The notes: a model not told the origin generated them from the letters alone. A stretch of DNA of 64,000 nt from an uncultured Pseudomonadales bacterium (GCA_964513845.1 CAZENT010000005.1:41590-105589); one strand, 5' to 3'. Counted from the first letter of the stretch, positions 1-9,645 are shown. Program-made: numbers and translations.

Positions 1-91
1 CTTTGGTTTTGGCAACAAGCTTACCGATCTTAGAAAGGCCATCCAGCAAGGAGAACTCGGTGTGAACATGGAGGTGGGTAAACTTTGGCAT
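1..91 (-). CDS. dnaE: DNA polymerase III alpha subunit, N-terminus only (runs off the window edge)
   Basis: Not in ORF track. Manual translation from ATG at 91 gives MPKFTHLHVHTEFSLLDGLSKIGKLVAKTK, the HLHVHTxxSLLDG PHP motif that starts DnaE. Confidence 0.9.
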   Translation of the reverse strand, partial: MPKFTHLHVHTEFSLLDGLSKIGKLVAKTK

Positions 92-166
92 CTGATTTAT
101 GTTACTACCTCCTATCTTCAGGGTTGGGTCACGGAAATTCAAGTGGGGTAGTGATAAACTTTTTAT

Positions 167-811
167 ATGGTTATAGATAATGCTGCTCAGATGACAATTG
201 CTTTTCGCATATTAATTTCTTTTGTGGCCGGAATGCTTATTGGCTTTGATCGTGAGAGAAGCGGCAAGGCGGCCGGACTACGAACCCAGATGTTGGTTTG
301 TGTGGGCTCAACCTTGTTTGCCGGCTTGTCTATATATGTAGCGAATAGTTTGGGAGTTTTGGGTCAAGACCCCACAAGAATCATGGCACAGATTGTTTCC
401 GGTGTTGGATTTCTTGGTGCCGGAGTAATCTTAAAAAATGGCAATCGATTGTCTGGTGTAACCACAGCGGCAACGATTTGGACCACTGCGGCTGTTGGGG
501 TGGCCATTGGTTCAGGTTTTTATATTCCCGCTGCAGTCACCGTGTTCTTGATTCTGATGCTCAACCCTATCGCGTACTTACAATACAAATTTGGAACAAA
601 AGGAAATACTTACGTAATAGGATTTGATAAAAAATACGATAAGGAAATGGCGGAATATTTTGCCCAGCTGAGATTGAGAGTGCTTGAAAAAACAGTCCAC
701 CAGTCTGATGTACACGTTTCAGTTTTATCGAACGAGCAAAAAAACGAAAAACTAATTCGCGATCTAAACGAAAAAGATATCAAGTTTTCTCTAGAATCGA
801 CTGAGGAGTAG
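167..811 (+). CDS. MgtC/SapB family membrane protein
   Basis: IGFDRE..K.AGLRT, DPTRIMAQIVSGVGFLGAGVI and GVTTAATIW are MgtC hallmark motifs. Confidence 0.9.
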   Translation: MVIDNAAQMTIAFRILISFVAGMLIGFDRERSGKAAGLRTQMLVCVGSTLFAGLSIYVANSLGVLGQDPTRIMAQIVSGVGFLGAGVILKNGNRLSGVTTAATIWTTAAVGVAIGSGFYIPAAVTVFLILMLNPIAYLQYKFGTKGNTYVIGFDKKYDKEMAEYFAQLRLRVLEKTVHQSDVHVSVLSNEQKNEKLIRDLNEKDIKFSLESTEE

Positions 812-812
812 C

Positions 813-2147
813 TTATTGATTTAGAAGCTCCAAAACTAGACTGTTGAGAGTTTTTGGATCGGCCTGGCCTTTGGTTTCTTTCATGGCCTGGCCAACAAAG
901 AAACCAGCGAGATTGGTTTTGCCGGCTTTGTAATCAGCAACCAAACTAGGATTATCGGTGATGAGTTTTTCAATTACTTTTTTGAGCTCGTCGGCATTGG
1001 TGTTACCCACCTGAGTGGCTTTGAGATACTCCCCTTTTATGTCCCCCGTGATATCGATTTTTTTGTTGGCAATTAACGAAGCTAGTTTGTTTAGATCGAT
1101 CTTTTGGGTGATTGCCACCTCATCATTGCTCCTCGCAATGACAAAAATAGCGTTTAGTGCCTTGTCATTGTTATTAATTATTTTGGCGTACTTGGCTTCG
1201 ATACCAAAATCAACTAATTCAGAGATGACCTGATCAGGGAGTTTGGGCAGTTCTCTTCTCAATTTTTCTATTTGCTCATTTTCGATAATAAATGGCGGAA
1301 TATCCGGCTCGGGAAAATAGCGATAGTCTTTGGCTTCTTCTTTGGTTCGCTGAAGAAAAGTTATTTTCTTGACCGAGTCGTAACCTCTGGTGGTTTTGTT
1401 GTTGGCTGATTTCTCGATACCTGTTTTTTCAAACTCTTCCGTTTGGCGAACCACCTCAAAGTCTATAGCCGCTGTCGCAAAGTTGAAGGAGTTGATGTTT
1501 TTGATTTCTGAAAGAGGAGTGTAGTGTGTACCCGATTCATTTTCGATACAAACGTTTACGGTTGGTTCCAAACGCATCTGACCTTTTTCCATGTCGGCAC
1601 TAGAAACACCAATCGCTCTGACAATTTCATGAATCTTTTTGAGATATTCTTTGGCTTCGGTGGATGAAGAAAGGTCGGGGCGAGATACAATCTCGACCAA
1701 AGGAACACCTGATCGGTTGTAATCAACCAGCGACACTTTCTTACCTTCCAAAACAACGTGCTGAAGTTTGCCGGTGTCTTCTTCCATGTGGACTCTTTCG
1801 ACACCAATTCTTTTGCCTGAGTCGAGCATAACAAAACCATCAGAACAAAATGGCTGGTCGTACTGACTAATCTGATATCCCTTGGCTAGATCGGGATAGA
1901 AATACTGCTTGCGATCAAACTTGCTTAAGGTGTTGATACGGCAGTTCAGAGCAAGTCCGAGCTTCATACAAGATTCAATGGCTTTTTCGTTGGGAACCGG
2001 AAGGGCGCCAGGCAAGCCAAGACAGACGGGACAAGTTTGAGTGTTGGGCTCCTTGCCAAAATGATCGGCAGGACAGCCACAAAACATCTTGGACTTTGTT
2101 TCTAACTCAACGTGTACTTCTAGGCCGATTAAGGGTGTGGCTTTCAT
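813..2147 (-). CDS. gatB: Asp/Glu-tRNA amidotransferase subunit B
   Basis: IGLEVHVEL, KMFCGC, FDRKQYFYPDLAKGYQISQ, DYRYFPEPD; C-terminal YqeY-like GFFVGQAMKETKGQADP. Confidence 0.97.
   Translation of the reverse strand: MKATPLIGLEVHVELETKSKMFCGCPADHFGKEPNTQTCPVCLGLPGALPVPNEKAIESCMKLGLALNCRINTLSKFDRKQYFYPDLAKGYQISQYDQPFCSDGFVMLDSGKRIGVERVHMEEDTGKLQHVVLEGKKVSLVDYNRSGVPLVEIVSRPDLSSSTEAKEYLKKIHEIVRAIGVSSADMEKGQMRLEPTVNVCIENESGTHYTPLSEIKNINSFNFATAAIDFEVVRQTEEFEKTGIEKSANNKTTRGYDSVKKITFLQRTKEEAKDYRYFPEPDIPPFIIENEQIEKLRRELPKLPDQVISELVDFGIEAKYAKIINNNDKALNAIFVIARSNDEVAITQKIDLNKLASLIANKKIDITGDIKGEYLKATQVGNTNADELKKVIEKLITDNPSLVADYKAGKTNLAGFFVGQAMKETKGQADPKTLNSLVLELLNQ
1110..1142 (-). repeat. Palindromic GTCATTGCG...GTGGCAATC repeat (CGTC-type REP/RPE-like) inside the gatB CDS, in frame (VIARSNDEVAI)
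   Basis: Minus strand GTCATTGCGAGGAGCAATGATGAGGTGGCAATC (33 nt) shares both 9-nt termini with the intergenic copy at 12575-12630. Confidence 0.7.
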
Positions 2148-3568
2148 ATAGTTTTGTCTAGATCGGGAAATAACTGAAACTCGGTGTGACGCTGATAGCA
2201 GTCGGCAATTTTGATGGCTGTCCCCTCTTTGAGCTGATTGGAAGTAACCTGAAGACCAATGGGAAGATTATCGACAAAACCACAAGGCAATCCAACACTG
2301 GTGATTCCGGCAATTGAGCTAGGCTCTACCAAAACATCTTCCATTTCACCAAACATCGGCTGATTTTTGGAGGCACCAACAGAAAGAGCGGGACCGGGAG
2401 ATACTGCACCAATAACAGCATCGTAGGTTTTGAAAATTTCTTGGAACTCGTCAACAATCTTGGTGCGAACAGCCTGAGCTTTTTTGTAAAAAGCATCGTA
2501 GTATCCGGCCGATAAGGTATAAGTTCCGAGCATAATGCGGCGCTTGGTTTCTTCACAAAGAACGTCTCTTTCGTGGCCAAAACGGATGCCGTCAAAACGG
2601 GCGAGATTAGAGCTTACTTCGGAACGCTGGATAACAGTGTAAACACCGATGGCATAGCGAGGATCCATAAGTGAAACTTCATCAACAGTCGCCCCTAAAA
2701 GCCGAAGTTTGTCGGCAGCATTCAGAATCAAGTTTTTGACATCTTCGCGCATGTTGTCGAGTAAGTATTCTTTGACGATACCAATACGAACACCACGCAA
2801 ATCAGGAGAGTTTAGATAATCTGAGTATTTTTCGACGGGGGCGGGCGATGTGGTGGCGTCTTTGGGGTCTTGACCTGAGATAACTTCGGTTACGATGGCA
2901 CAGTCTTCGACCGATTTGCCGATAGGACCAGGTGAGTCAAGTGAGCTTCCCATAGCAATAATGCCATAACGACTAGCCCGACCATAGGTTGGTTTCAAAC
3001 CAGTGACACCGCACCAAGCTGCCGGCTGTCTAATCGACCCAGCTGTTTCGGATCCTAGAGCAACGGTGGCAAACTGAGCGCCAATGGCGGCAGCTGAGCC
3101 TCCAGATGATCCTCCTGGAAGTTTGTCTGAGTTCCAGGGATTTAAAGTGGGTCCGAAATCGGAAGTTTCTGTACTGGAGCCGTGAGCAAATGAGTCCATG
3201 TTGGTTTTACCTAAAATAATGGCTCCGGCTGCTTTTATTTTTTCTATAACAGTTGAGTCGTATTGTGGCTGATAGTCCTTGATGATGTTGGAGCTGGCCG
3301 TGGTGACGATACCCAAGGTAAGAAAATTATCTTTGACGGCAAAAGGAATACCTAGTAAGGGCCTAGTAACCCCCTTCTCGAGGATTTCTTTATCGATTGC
3401 AGCGGCTTCTTCGAGAACTTTATCGTTCAGGGCAATATAGATATTGAGCTTTGAGTTGTATTTCTCAATGCGATTGAGGAAGTGTTTGACGAGATCGGTG
3501 CAGTTGAAGTCTTTGTTGGTGTAGCCATCGAGAACTTCTTTGATAGTGAGTTCGTGAAGTTGTTTCAT
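2144..3568 (-). CDS. gatA: Asp/Glu-tRNA amidotransferase subunit A
   Basis: Amidase signature GGSSGGSAAA, GSETAGSIRQPA, SSNLARFDGIRFG, RRIMLGTY; between gatC and gatB. Confidence 0.97.
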   Translation of the reverse strand: MKQLHELTIKEVLDGYTNKDFNCTDLVKHFLNRIEKYNSKLNIYIALNDKVLEEAAAIDKEILEKGVTRPLLGIPFAVKDNFLTLGIVTTASSNIIKDYQPQYDSTVIEKIKAAGAIILGKTNMDSFAHGSSTETSDFGPTLNPWNSDKLPGGSSGGSAAAIGAQFATVALGSETAGSIRQPAAWCGVTGLKPTYGRASRYGIIAMGSSLDSPGPIGKSVEDCAIVTEVISGQDPKDATTSPAPVEKYSDYLNSPDLRGVRIGIVKEYLLDNMREDVKNLILNAADKLRLLGATVDEVSLMDPRYAIGVYTVIQRSEVSSNLARFDGIRFGHERDVLCEETKRRIMLGTYTLSAGYYDAFYKKAQAVRTKIVDEFQEIFKTYDAVIGAVSPGPALSVGASKNQPMFGEMEDVLVEPSSIAGITSVGLPCGFVDNLPIGLQVTSNQLKEGTAIKIADCYQRHTEFQLFPDLDKTI

Positions 3569-3888
3569 AGGAGTTCTTCGGCATCGGAGTCAATTAATCT
3601 TTCAACCACAAAAAAGCCATTATGAGTTTTCTTGGCTTCCCTAAGGGCAATTTTTTGAGGAAGGACTCTATTCAAATCGACCTCATCGGCTCGGGTGACA
3701 TTGGACAAGCCATTGACCTGATAGGTAGCGCTGATGTTGTTGGTATCTATTTCATTTAGCTCATTGACCACTTCGAGCGTTTTGGTAAACTGGCCAGCAA
3801 AAAGGTCTACTTCGTTATCTTGAAGTTTGAGGTTGGCAAGCTTGCCAATTTTTCTTACCTCATCTGATGTAACCGTGACCTTATGCAT
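3565..3888 (-). CDS. gatC: Asp/Glu-tRNA amidotransferase subunit C
   Basis: 107 aa with EVRKIGKLANL, NVTRADE and GFFVV; immediately upstream of gatA. Confidence 0.9.
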   Translation of the reverse strand: MHKVTVTSDEVRKIGKLANLKLQDNEVDLFAGQFTKTLEVVNELNEIDTNNISATYQVNGLSNVTRADEVDLNRVLPQKIALREAKKTHNGFFVVERLIDSDAEELL

Positions 3889-3905
3889 GCGTTTATTGTA
3901 TCAAT

Positions 3906-5258
3906 TTATAGATTACTCGTCTTGAGAATTATTTTTTTGTTTTTCACCTCGTAGAAAATGTCACAAATATTGTTTAGCAGATCGTGATCGTGAGAAATCA
4001 AAAGGATGGTCCCCGGATAATCAACTAAAAACTCCTCAAGAGCCGCCACAGACTTGAGATCCAGGTGATTTGTGGGCTCGTCTAAAATCAAAATGTCTGG
4101 GTTGGTGTAAAGAAAAAGGGCTAGCTGTAATCGAGCTTTTTGGCCTCCGGAAAGAGTCCAGACTTTGGATTTGATAGTTTGTTTGGTGAAATAAAATTTG
4201 CGCAGAACAGCTGCCGCTTCATAATCTGCCATGGGAAAACGACTGCAAAAACAATCAATTGGACTGGAGTCTGGTGGAAGTGTTTCCAAATGTTCCTGAG
4301 AGTAATAGCCAACCTTCAAGTTTTCACCGGTTTTGGCAACTCCCTCGTCTGGAGTGAGCATACCCAGAATCAGTTTTAGAATGGTTGTTTTTCCGGTACC
4401 GTTGGGCGAAACCAGAGCCACCTTTTCACCTACCTCGATGTACATCTCAGCTTTATCAAAAATTTGATTTTCTCCATAGGAAAAAGATAGATCTTTCACC
4501 ATGATGGCCAACTTGTTTTTGATTTGTTTACCCGAAAGAGAGGTTTTTAGTTCGATGTGTACATCTCTACCTTTTGGGTCTTTGACCATTTCAGATTCAA
4601 AACGAGCCAAGCGTTTTTCCAGAGCATGATAATAGCGAGCCACTTTGGGTCCGCCGGCTGCTTTGGCTCTGAATCTGTCAACCAACTCTTTTAATCTTTT
4701 GTGTTCTTTTTCTTGAACATGAAAGAGATGCTCTAGTGCTTCGTGCTCCTTGTCGTACTCTGTTGAAAACTTGGCAAAACCAAAAGGATAGGTGCGAATC
4801 TCATGATCTTCAACCAGCCAAGTGTGAGTAGTTACCTTTTTGAGAACATGGCGATCGTGACTAATGAGGATAATCAAACCATTAAACGACATAATGGCGT
4901 TGGCCATCCATTCTTTATTGTCGATGTCCAAATGATTGTCCGGCTCATCGAGAAGAAGTACGTCATAAAGATTAGAGTAAATTAGATCTGCAAGTAAGGC
5001 GACTTTTTTCTGACCTCCGGAAAGGGTGGGAAGTGACTCTATTTCTTGAGGTAAATAGCCAATTCGAGGATTGCCGGTCCACTCGATTTTGCCGCTATCC
5101 TGCTCCTCTATACCCGCAAGAATTTTGAGTAAGGTGGACTTACCACAACCATTATCACCAATAAGAGCCACCACACCATTACCCGTATGATTTAGGGTGA
5201 TGTCATCCAACAAAGGCTGATTGTAGTGCTTTTCCAGCTTGGTAATCTTGAGGTTCAT
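3906..5258 (-). CDS. ABC-F family ATPase (two ABC domains, no TM segments)
   Basis: GDNGCGKST/LSGGQ/LLDEPDNHLD and SPNGTGKTT/LSGGQ/LDEPTNHLD joined by a helical linker. Confidence 0.9.
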   Translation of the reverse strand: MNLKITKLEKHYNQPLLDDITLNHTGNGVVALIGDNGCGKSTLLKILAGIEEQDSGKIEWTGNPRIGYLPQEIESLPTLSGGQKKVALLADLIYSNLYDVLLLDEPDNHLDIDNKEWMANAIMSFNGLIILISHDRHVLKKVTTHTWLVEDHEIRTYPFGFAKFSTEYDKEHEALEHLFHVQEKEHKRLKELVDRFRAKAAGGPKVARYYHALEKRLARFESEMVKDPKGRDVHIELKTSLSGKQIKNKLAIMVKDLSFSYGENQIFDKAEMYIEVGEKVALVSPNGTGKTTILKLILGMLTPDEGVAKTGENLKVGYYSQEHLETLPPDSSPIDCFCSRFPMADYEAAAVLRKFYFTKQTIKSKVWTLSGGQKARLQLALFLYTNPDILILDEPTNHLDLKSVAALEEFLVDYPGTILLISHDHDLLNNICDIFYEVKNKKIILKTSNL

Positions 5259-5266
5259 GAGCGTTA

Positions 5267-5821
5267 TTATCCCTTATTTTGTGCTTCAAGTACAAACCCT
5301 TTAGATTGACCGAACGAGATAATGCCATTTAGATCGATTTGGGTTTTGCTTATTTTGCAGTCTTGAAACAGAACTCCAGCTAAATTTGAACCCGAAAGAC
5401 TTGCTCCGACCAGTTTGCAGTGATCAAAAACAGACTTGTACAAATTACAGTTGAGAATTTGGCCATCTTGAAGATTGCAACTGATAAAGTAGTTTGAGGT
5501 TAGGTCACACTCACCAAAGATTGAATCAGAAAGCTTTTGTTTTTCAAAAGTGCAGCCTTCAAGAATAGATTTATGAAAATTACACTTGATGATATTGGTA
5601 TCTTTGAAATTGATCCAACTAAGTTTGCACTCAATAAATAAACAATTTTCTAAAGAGCTGGAGTTTATAAGAGCATTGGCAAAATCGCAGTACTCAAAAC
5701 TACAGCTCTCAAAGTTTGTAAATTTAAGCTGTTGTAAAGAAAATTTGCAGCTTTGGAATTTTTCATCTTTGAAACTTTGCCCCTTAAGACTATCCGAAGT
5801 AAATAATTTGCCTTTGATCAT
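5267..5821 (-). CDS. Pentapeptide-repeat protein
   Basis: Periodic (S/C)xF repeats (FESCSFEYCDFANA...). Start moved to ATG 5821, which overlaps the htpX TGA (ATGA). Confidence 0.85.
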   Translation of the reverse strand: MIKGKLFTSDSLKGQSFKDEKFQSCKFSLQQLKFTNFESCSFEYCDFANALINSSSLENCLFIECKLSWINFKDTNIIKCNFHKSILEGCTFEKQKLSDSIFGECDLTSNYFISCNLQDGQILNCNLYKSVFDHCKLVGASLSGSNLAGVLFQDCKISKTQIDLNGIISFGQSKGFVLEAQNKG

Positions 5822-6714
5822 GATCTTAGAGCTTTTATTCTTTCTTTTACAGGAGGATGGGTGTTGAAAAGATTGGCAAACCATCCAATGGAGTCGTGAT
5901 GATTTTTTAAGGGGTTGGAAATGTAAAGATGAGCTGTAGCTTTGTTGGCGGCCTCAAGTGGCTCTTGGTCTGCAGAAATCTTTTCTAACGCACTGGCAAG
6001 CCCCTCAGGATATTTGGTAATGGAAGCCCCCGTGGCATCAGCAAGAAACTCTCTTCTTCTAGAAATTGCCAGCTGAATCAGCTGAGCAATAATGGGTGAC
6101 AGAAGAGCCAAAACGAGTCCCACAACCATGAGAATGGCACCTAAATTGCTATTGTCATCCCGGCTAGACTTGCCTCGGATATTGGTTCTTAAAAGAATGT
6201 CCGCCAGAAGAGTAATCAAGCCAACTAAAATTGCAACAATGCTCATTAAACGAGTATCGTAGTTTCGAATATGACCCATTTCATGAGCCACGACACCTTC
6301 AAGCTCAGTACGATTTAGTCTGGCGAGTAACCCTGTGGTAACACAAACCACTCCGTGCTGGGGGTCTCGGCCTGTGGCAAAAGCGTTCATGGCTGAGTCT
6401 TCGATTACATATAGTTTGGGCATGGGTATCCCTGCTGAGCGAGAAATGTTTTCGGCGACAGTGAAAAAATCGAAGTGAGCATTTTTGTTGGCCGGAACGG
6501 CTCCCGAGAGGGAAAGAATCATCTTGTCGGAGTTGTAGTAACTAATGAAACTAAATGAGCCCGATAGTACAAGCGCTGTGCCGACCGCTGACAGGTCAAA
6601 TCCAAGAACGTAACAAATTATATAGGTAACCGCAGTAACAAAAGCGATAAAAATAGCGATAACCATGGCACTTCGTGCCTTGTTGGCATCGACTAACTTG
6701 TAGTAGCTGGTCAT
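5818..6714 (-). CDS. htpX: HtpX M48 zinc metalloprotease
   Basis: NAFATG, HEMGH, SRRREFLADA, FNTHPP; adjacent to lemA. Confidence 0.93.
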   Translation of the reverse strand: MTSYYKLVDANKARSAMVIAIFIAFVTAVTYIICYVLGFDLSAVGTALVLSGSFSFISYYNSDKMILSLSGAVPANKNAHFDFFTVAENISRSAGIPMPKLYVIEDSAMNAFATGRDPQHGVVCVTTGLLARLNRTELEGVVAHEMGHIRNYDTRLMSIVAILVGLITLLADILLRTNIRGKSSRDDNSNLGAILMVVGLVLALLSPIIAQLIQLAISRRREFLADATGASITKYPEGLASALEKISADQEPLEAANKATAHLYISNPLKNHHDSIGWFANLFNTHPPVKERIKALRS

Positions 6715-7295
6715 ATCGTAATTTTGGGATCGGACATCTCGTCCTTGCCTACCTCTAGGTGTTCACCTTCTGTGGGGGTAGCAATGCCTTTCTGTTCTTT
6801 AAATCCAAAGACGCTGGCAATGATATTAGAAGGTAGGGTAACGATCCTGATGTTGTACTCAGCAGACAAATCGATAACAACTCGTCTGGCGTACATGAGC
6901 TTGTCAGAGGTGTCGCGAAGCTCATCCATAAGACGAGTGACAACTTCGGCTCCTTTGAGCTCGGGATTGCTTTCAACGAGAACTTGAAGTTTGGGAACTA
7001 GATTACTGATGGCATCTGAGGCCGCTTCGATCTTGGCCATGTCTTTACTGCCCGCCGCCTTTTCGACTGATTTTCTGGCAGAAACGATTTCCCCGTAGAT
7101 ATCTTTTTCATGCTTTAGGTAGCCTTTGGCTGAGTTTTCGAGATTAGGAATGAGATTCGATTGACGTTTGAGCTGGTTGCCAATGTCTTGAATGGCCGCA
7201 GTGATACGTGTTTTGGTTGCTTGGAACCAGTTGTATTGCGAAACGACATAGAAAGCGAGAATAAGCAGGACTCCAAAAATTATGTAACCAATCAT
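6711..7295 (-). CDS. lemA: LemA family protein
   Basis: N-terminal TM, IGNQLKRQSNLIPNL, ESNPELK, TLPSNIIASVFGF; typical lemA-htpX pair. Confidence 0.9.
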   Translation of the reverse strand: MIGYIIFGVLLILAFYVVSQYNWFQATKTRITAAIQDIGNQLKRQSNLIPNLENSAKGYLKHEKDIYGEIVSARKSVEKAAGSKDMAKIEAASDAISNLVPKLQVLVESNPELKGAEVVTRLMDELRDTSDKLMYARRVVIDLSAEYNIRIVTLPSNIIASVFGFKEQKGIATPTEGEHLEVGKDEMSDPKITI

Positions 7296-7318
7296 TTTAT
7301 TGTTTTAAATGGTAACTT

Positions 7319-9082
7319 CTATAATTCTAGCACTGTGCGCAATTTTTGCACGGAATATGTATTGACAATATCTTTATTTTGAGCATAACCACGCCTAGCA
7401 TTCCAAACTCCAAACTTCATATTCATCATTTGCTCAACCACACGGCTATCAGTATTTATTATTAGCTTTACTCCTTGAGAAATCGCTTGTCTAATTAAAT
7501 TCTCCGGAAGATCTAACCTTGTGGGATATGCATTTATTTCTATCACTTTATTGTTTTTCGCACAAAACTTGAAGATTTCTTCCCAGTTGGCCGAAATTGG
7601 GTCCCTGCCATTTATTACTCTATTGGTGGGGTGTCCGAGGATTTTGACCTTTGAATGGAAAAGGGCTTTTATTATTCTTCTCGTATTGGCTTCTTCGGTA
7701 AGATCAAAACTACCGTGGATGGAGGCTATGGAGTAGTCCAAAGAAGACATAGCTGTGTCTGATAAGGCCAGGCTTCCATCCGGTCTGATATCTACCTCCA
7801 TTCCTATGAGTAAATTTGGTACTCTATGTTTCACACTCTTTTCATAGGCACGATATTGTGATTCTAAATACTTTTTACGATCAATAATTATGTTGTTTTT
7901 TTCTTTTTCGGTTAGTCCGGAAAATTTGGGGTTGTGATCTGCGATACCTATATATTCATAACTATTTTTATAAGCAAATTCTAATAACCGAGAAAGTGTA
8001 CTAACACCCAAGTCGTGAGAGCTGGGATATTGAAAATCACTATGAATATGCAAATCTCCCTTTATGCCTTCAATATTTACAAGCTTGGGTATCTGATGTT
8101 TATGTGCCAGCTCAATTTCTCCTGTGTTCTCTCGTAATTCCGGGGGAATATATTCAAGTCCTAAAAAATTATAGAATTTAGCTTCGGAGGTGAAATGGTG
8201 GAGTTTGTTTTTTTGGGTTATTCCGTATTCAGAAAGTGAGAATCCTTTTTCTTTTACCTGACTTCTCAAGGCTATATTGTGAAGCTTACCACCTGTGTAA
8301 TGCTGGAGAATACTACCCCAAGAGTTTGGCAGGGAAATCTTTAGGTCAACTTCTAGCCCGTTTGACAACTTTACATGGCTAACTTTGTCACCTTCTGTCA
8401 CCACTGAGATGATTTGTGGATAGCTGAGAGCATACTGCATGGCTTCATTTGGTTTTTCCGAACAGATAGCTATATCGATATCGCCGACAGTAGCTAATTT
8501 TCTTCGCAGACTGCCGAGGGGTTCGGCAGTAGATATTGTTGATGATTTTTTTAAAAAAGAAATATATTCTTCGGCAACAGGAAGAGCCTCATATAGTGGA
8601 AGACGCGCCTTGCCGAAAGACTGTATATCGAGCGCTTTTTGAATTTTGGATATGGTCTTCTCTTTGAATCCGGCAATTTTTGTCAGCTTGCCGGAACGTA
8701 AAATTTCCTTTAAATCAGCAAGAGTGGTTTCTTGATTATTTAAATGAAACTTTTTGGCAATTTTGTGGGCTGTAATAGGGCCGATTCCTCGAATGGTCAT
8801 CAACACAAACATACCTGCAGGAACTTTTTTGAAGAGTGAGTTAAAATGGCGAACGTGTCCTTTTGATAAGTACTCACCTAAGTATTTTGTTAGGCTCTCA
8901 CCGAGCCCAGGGATGTTATCCAGCTCTCCCCTTTTCCAAATATCAGAGATTGATTCTGAAAGATTATCGATGGCAACAGAAGCGTTGATGTATGCCTTGT
9001 ATCGAAAAGTGTCACCCTCTTTAACCCTTAAAACCGCCGCAACTCTTTTTAGGAGTTGGGCGGTTTCTTGGTTAATGGTCAT
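7319..9082 (-). CDS. polX: Family X DNA polymerase with C-terminal PHP domain
   Basis: HhH motifs (IPGLG, IRGIGP), GSLRR..TVGDIDI, LQHYTG, YIPPELRE, GDLHIHS. Confidence 0.93.
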   Translation of the reverse strand: MTINQETAQLLKRVAAVLRVKEGDTFRYKAYINASVAIDNLSESISDIWKRGELDNIPGLGESLTKYLGEYLSKGHVRHFNSLFKKVPAGMFVLMTIRGIGPITAHKIAKKFHLNNQETTLADLKEILRSGKLTKIAGFKEKTISKIQKALDIQSFGKARLPLYEALPVAEEYISFLKKSSTISTAEPLGSLRRKLATVGDIDIAICSEKPNEAMQYALSYPQIISVVTEGDKVSHVKLSNGLEVDLKISLPNSWGSILQHYTGGKLHNIALRSQVKEKGFSLSEYGITQKNKLHHFTSEAKFYNFLGLEYIPPELRENTGEIELAHKHQIPKLVNIEGIKGDLHIHSDFQYPSSHDLGVSTLSRLLEFAYKNSYEYIGIADHNPKFSGLTEKEKNNIIIDRKKYLESQYRAYEKSVKHRVPNLLIGMEVDIRPDGSLALSDTAMSSLDYSIASIHGSFDLTEEANTRRIIKALFHSKVKILGHPTNRVINGRDPISANWEEIFKFCAKNNKVIEINAYPTRLDLPENLIRQAISQGVKLIINTDSRVVEQMMNMKFGVWNARRGYAQNKDIVNTYSVQKLRTVLEL

Positions 9083-9115
9083 CTATTTTTCAATTTTTGA
9101 CCTTAAAAGGCAATT

Positions 9116-9397
9116 TTAGCGGCCTCCAAAACTACGTGCAGGACGATCCTCTTTTGGACGAGCTTCGTTGACGATGATGTTGCGACCGTCGAGGTCAGTT
9201 CCGTTCATCTTTTCGATGGCGGTTTTTGCAGCTTCTGCGTCTTCGAATTCGACAAAACCGAATCCTTTACTCCTGCCGGAGAATTTATCTGAAATAACTG
9301 TGCACTCGCCTAGAGCTCCGAATGGAGAAAAAATCTCCTGGAGTTTTTGCTGGGTAGCACTATAGGGAAGGTTCCCTACGTATAATCGAACAGCCAT
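9116..9397 (-). CDS. RRM (RNP-1) RNA-binding protein
   Basis: LYVGNL (RNP2) and KGFGFVEF (RNP1), VNEARPK; AAGGAG Shine-Dalgarno upstream. Confidence 0.93.
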   Translation of the reverse strand: MAVRLYVGNLPYSATQQKLQEIFSPFGALGECTVISDKFSGRSKGFGFVEFEDAEAAKTAIEKMNGTDLDGRNIIVNEARPKEDRPARSFGGR

Positions 9398-9525
9398 TTC
9401 TGGCTCCTTTCTGGTTCTTTCAAAGCCATCATCACTTTGAAATCTTCTGTAAAAACGCTAAGATGATTTAACTAGGACCTATTATATAGTATTTTCTGGT
9501 AAAATATGGACTGTTGACAAAGCAT

Positions 9526-9599
9526 GGGGCTGTAGCTCAGTTGGTTAGAGCGTCCGCCTGTCACGTGGAAGGTCGAGGGTTCGAGCCCCTTCAGCCCCG
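9526..9599 (+). tRNA. tRNA-Asp(GTC), CCA not encoded
   Basis: GGGGCTG/CAGCCCC acceptor, GCTC/GAGC D stem, TCCGC-CTGTCAC-GTGGA anticodon arm, TTCGAGC T loop, G73. Confidence 0.95.
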
Positions 9600-9604
9600 C
9601 TAAG

Positions 9605-9637
9605 AAATTCTCTCGCCTTGTGTGAGAGAATTTTTTT
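9605..9637 (+). terminator. Intrinsic terminator after tRNA-Asp
   Basis: AAATTCTCTCGC-CTTGT-GTGAGAGAATTT hairpin followed by a T run. Confidence 0.75.
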
Positions 9638-9645
9638 GCCACAAA

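Noticed and set aside
102-154. Imperfect inverted repeat (TTACTACCTC/GGGGTAGTGA) between dnaE and the MgtC gene
   Set aside because: Relies on G-T pairs and overlaps ordinary SD-like and promoter sequences; no riboswitch consensus.
5818-5821. Possible TGA recoding (code 25, as in Gracilibacteria/SR1)
   Set aside because: TGA terminates conserved genes at expected positions with ATGA overlaps (htpX, gatA, lemA), and long genes are uninterrupted under code 11.
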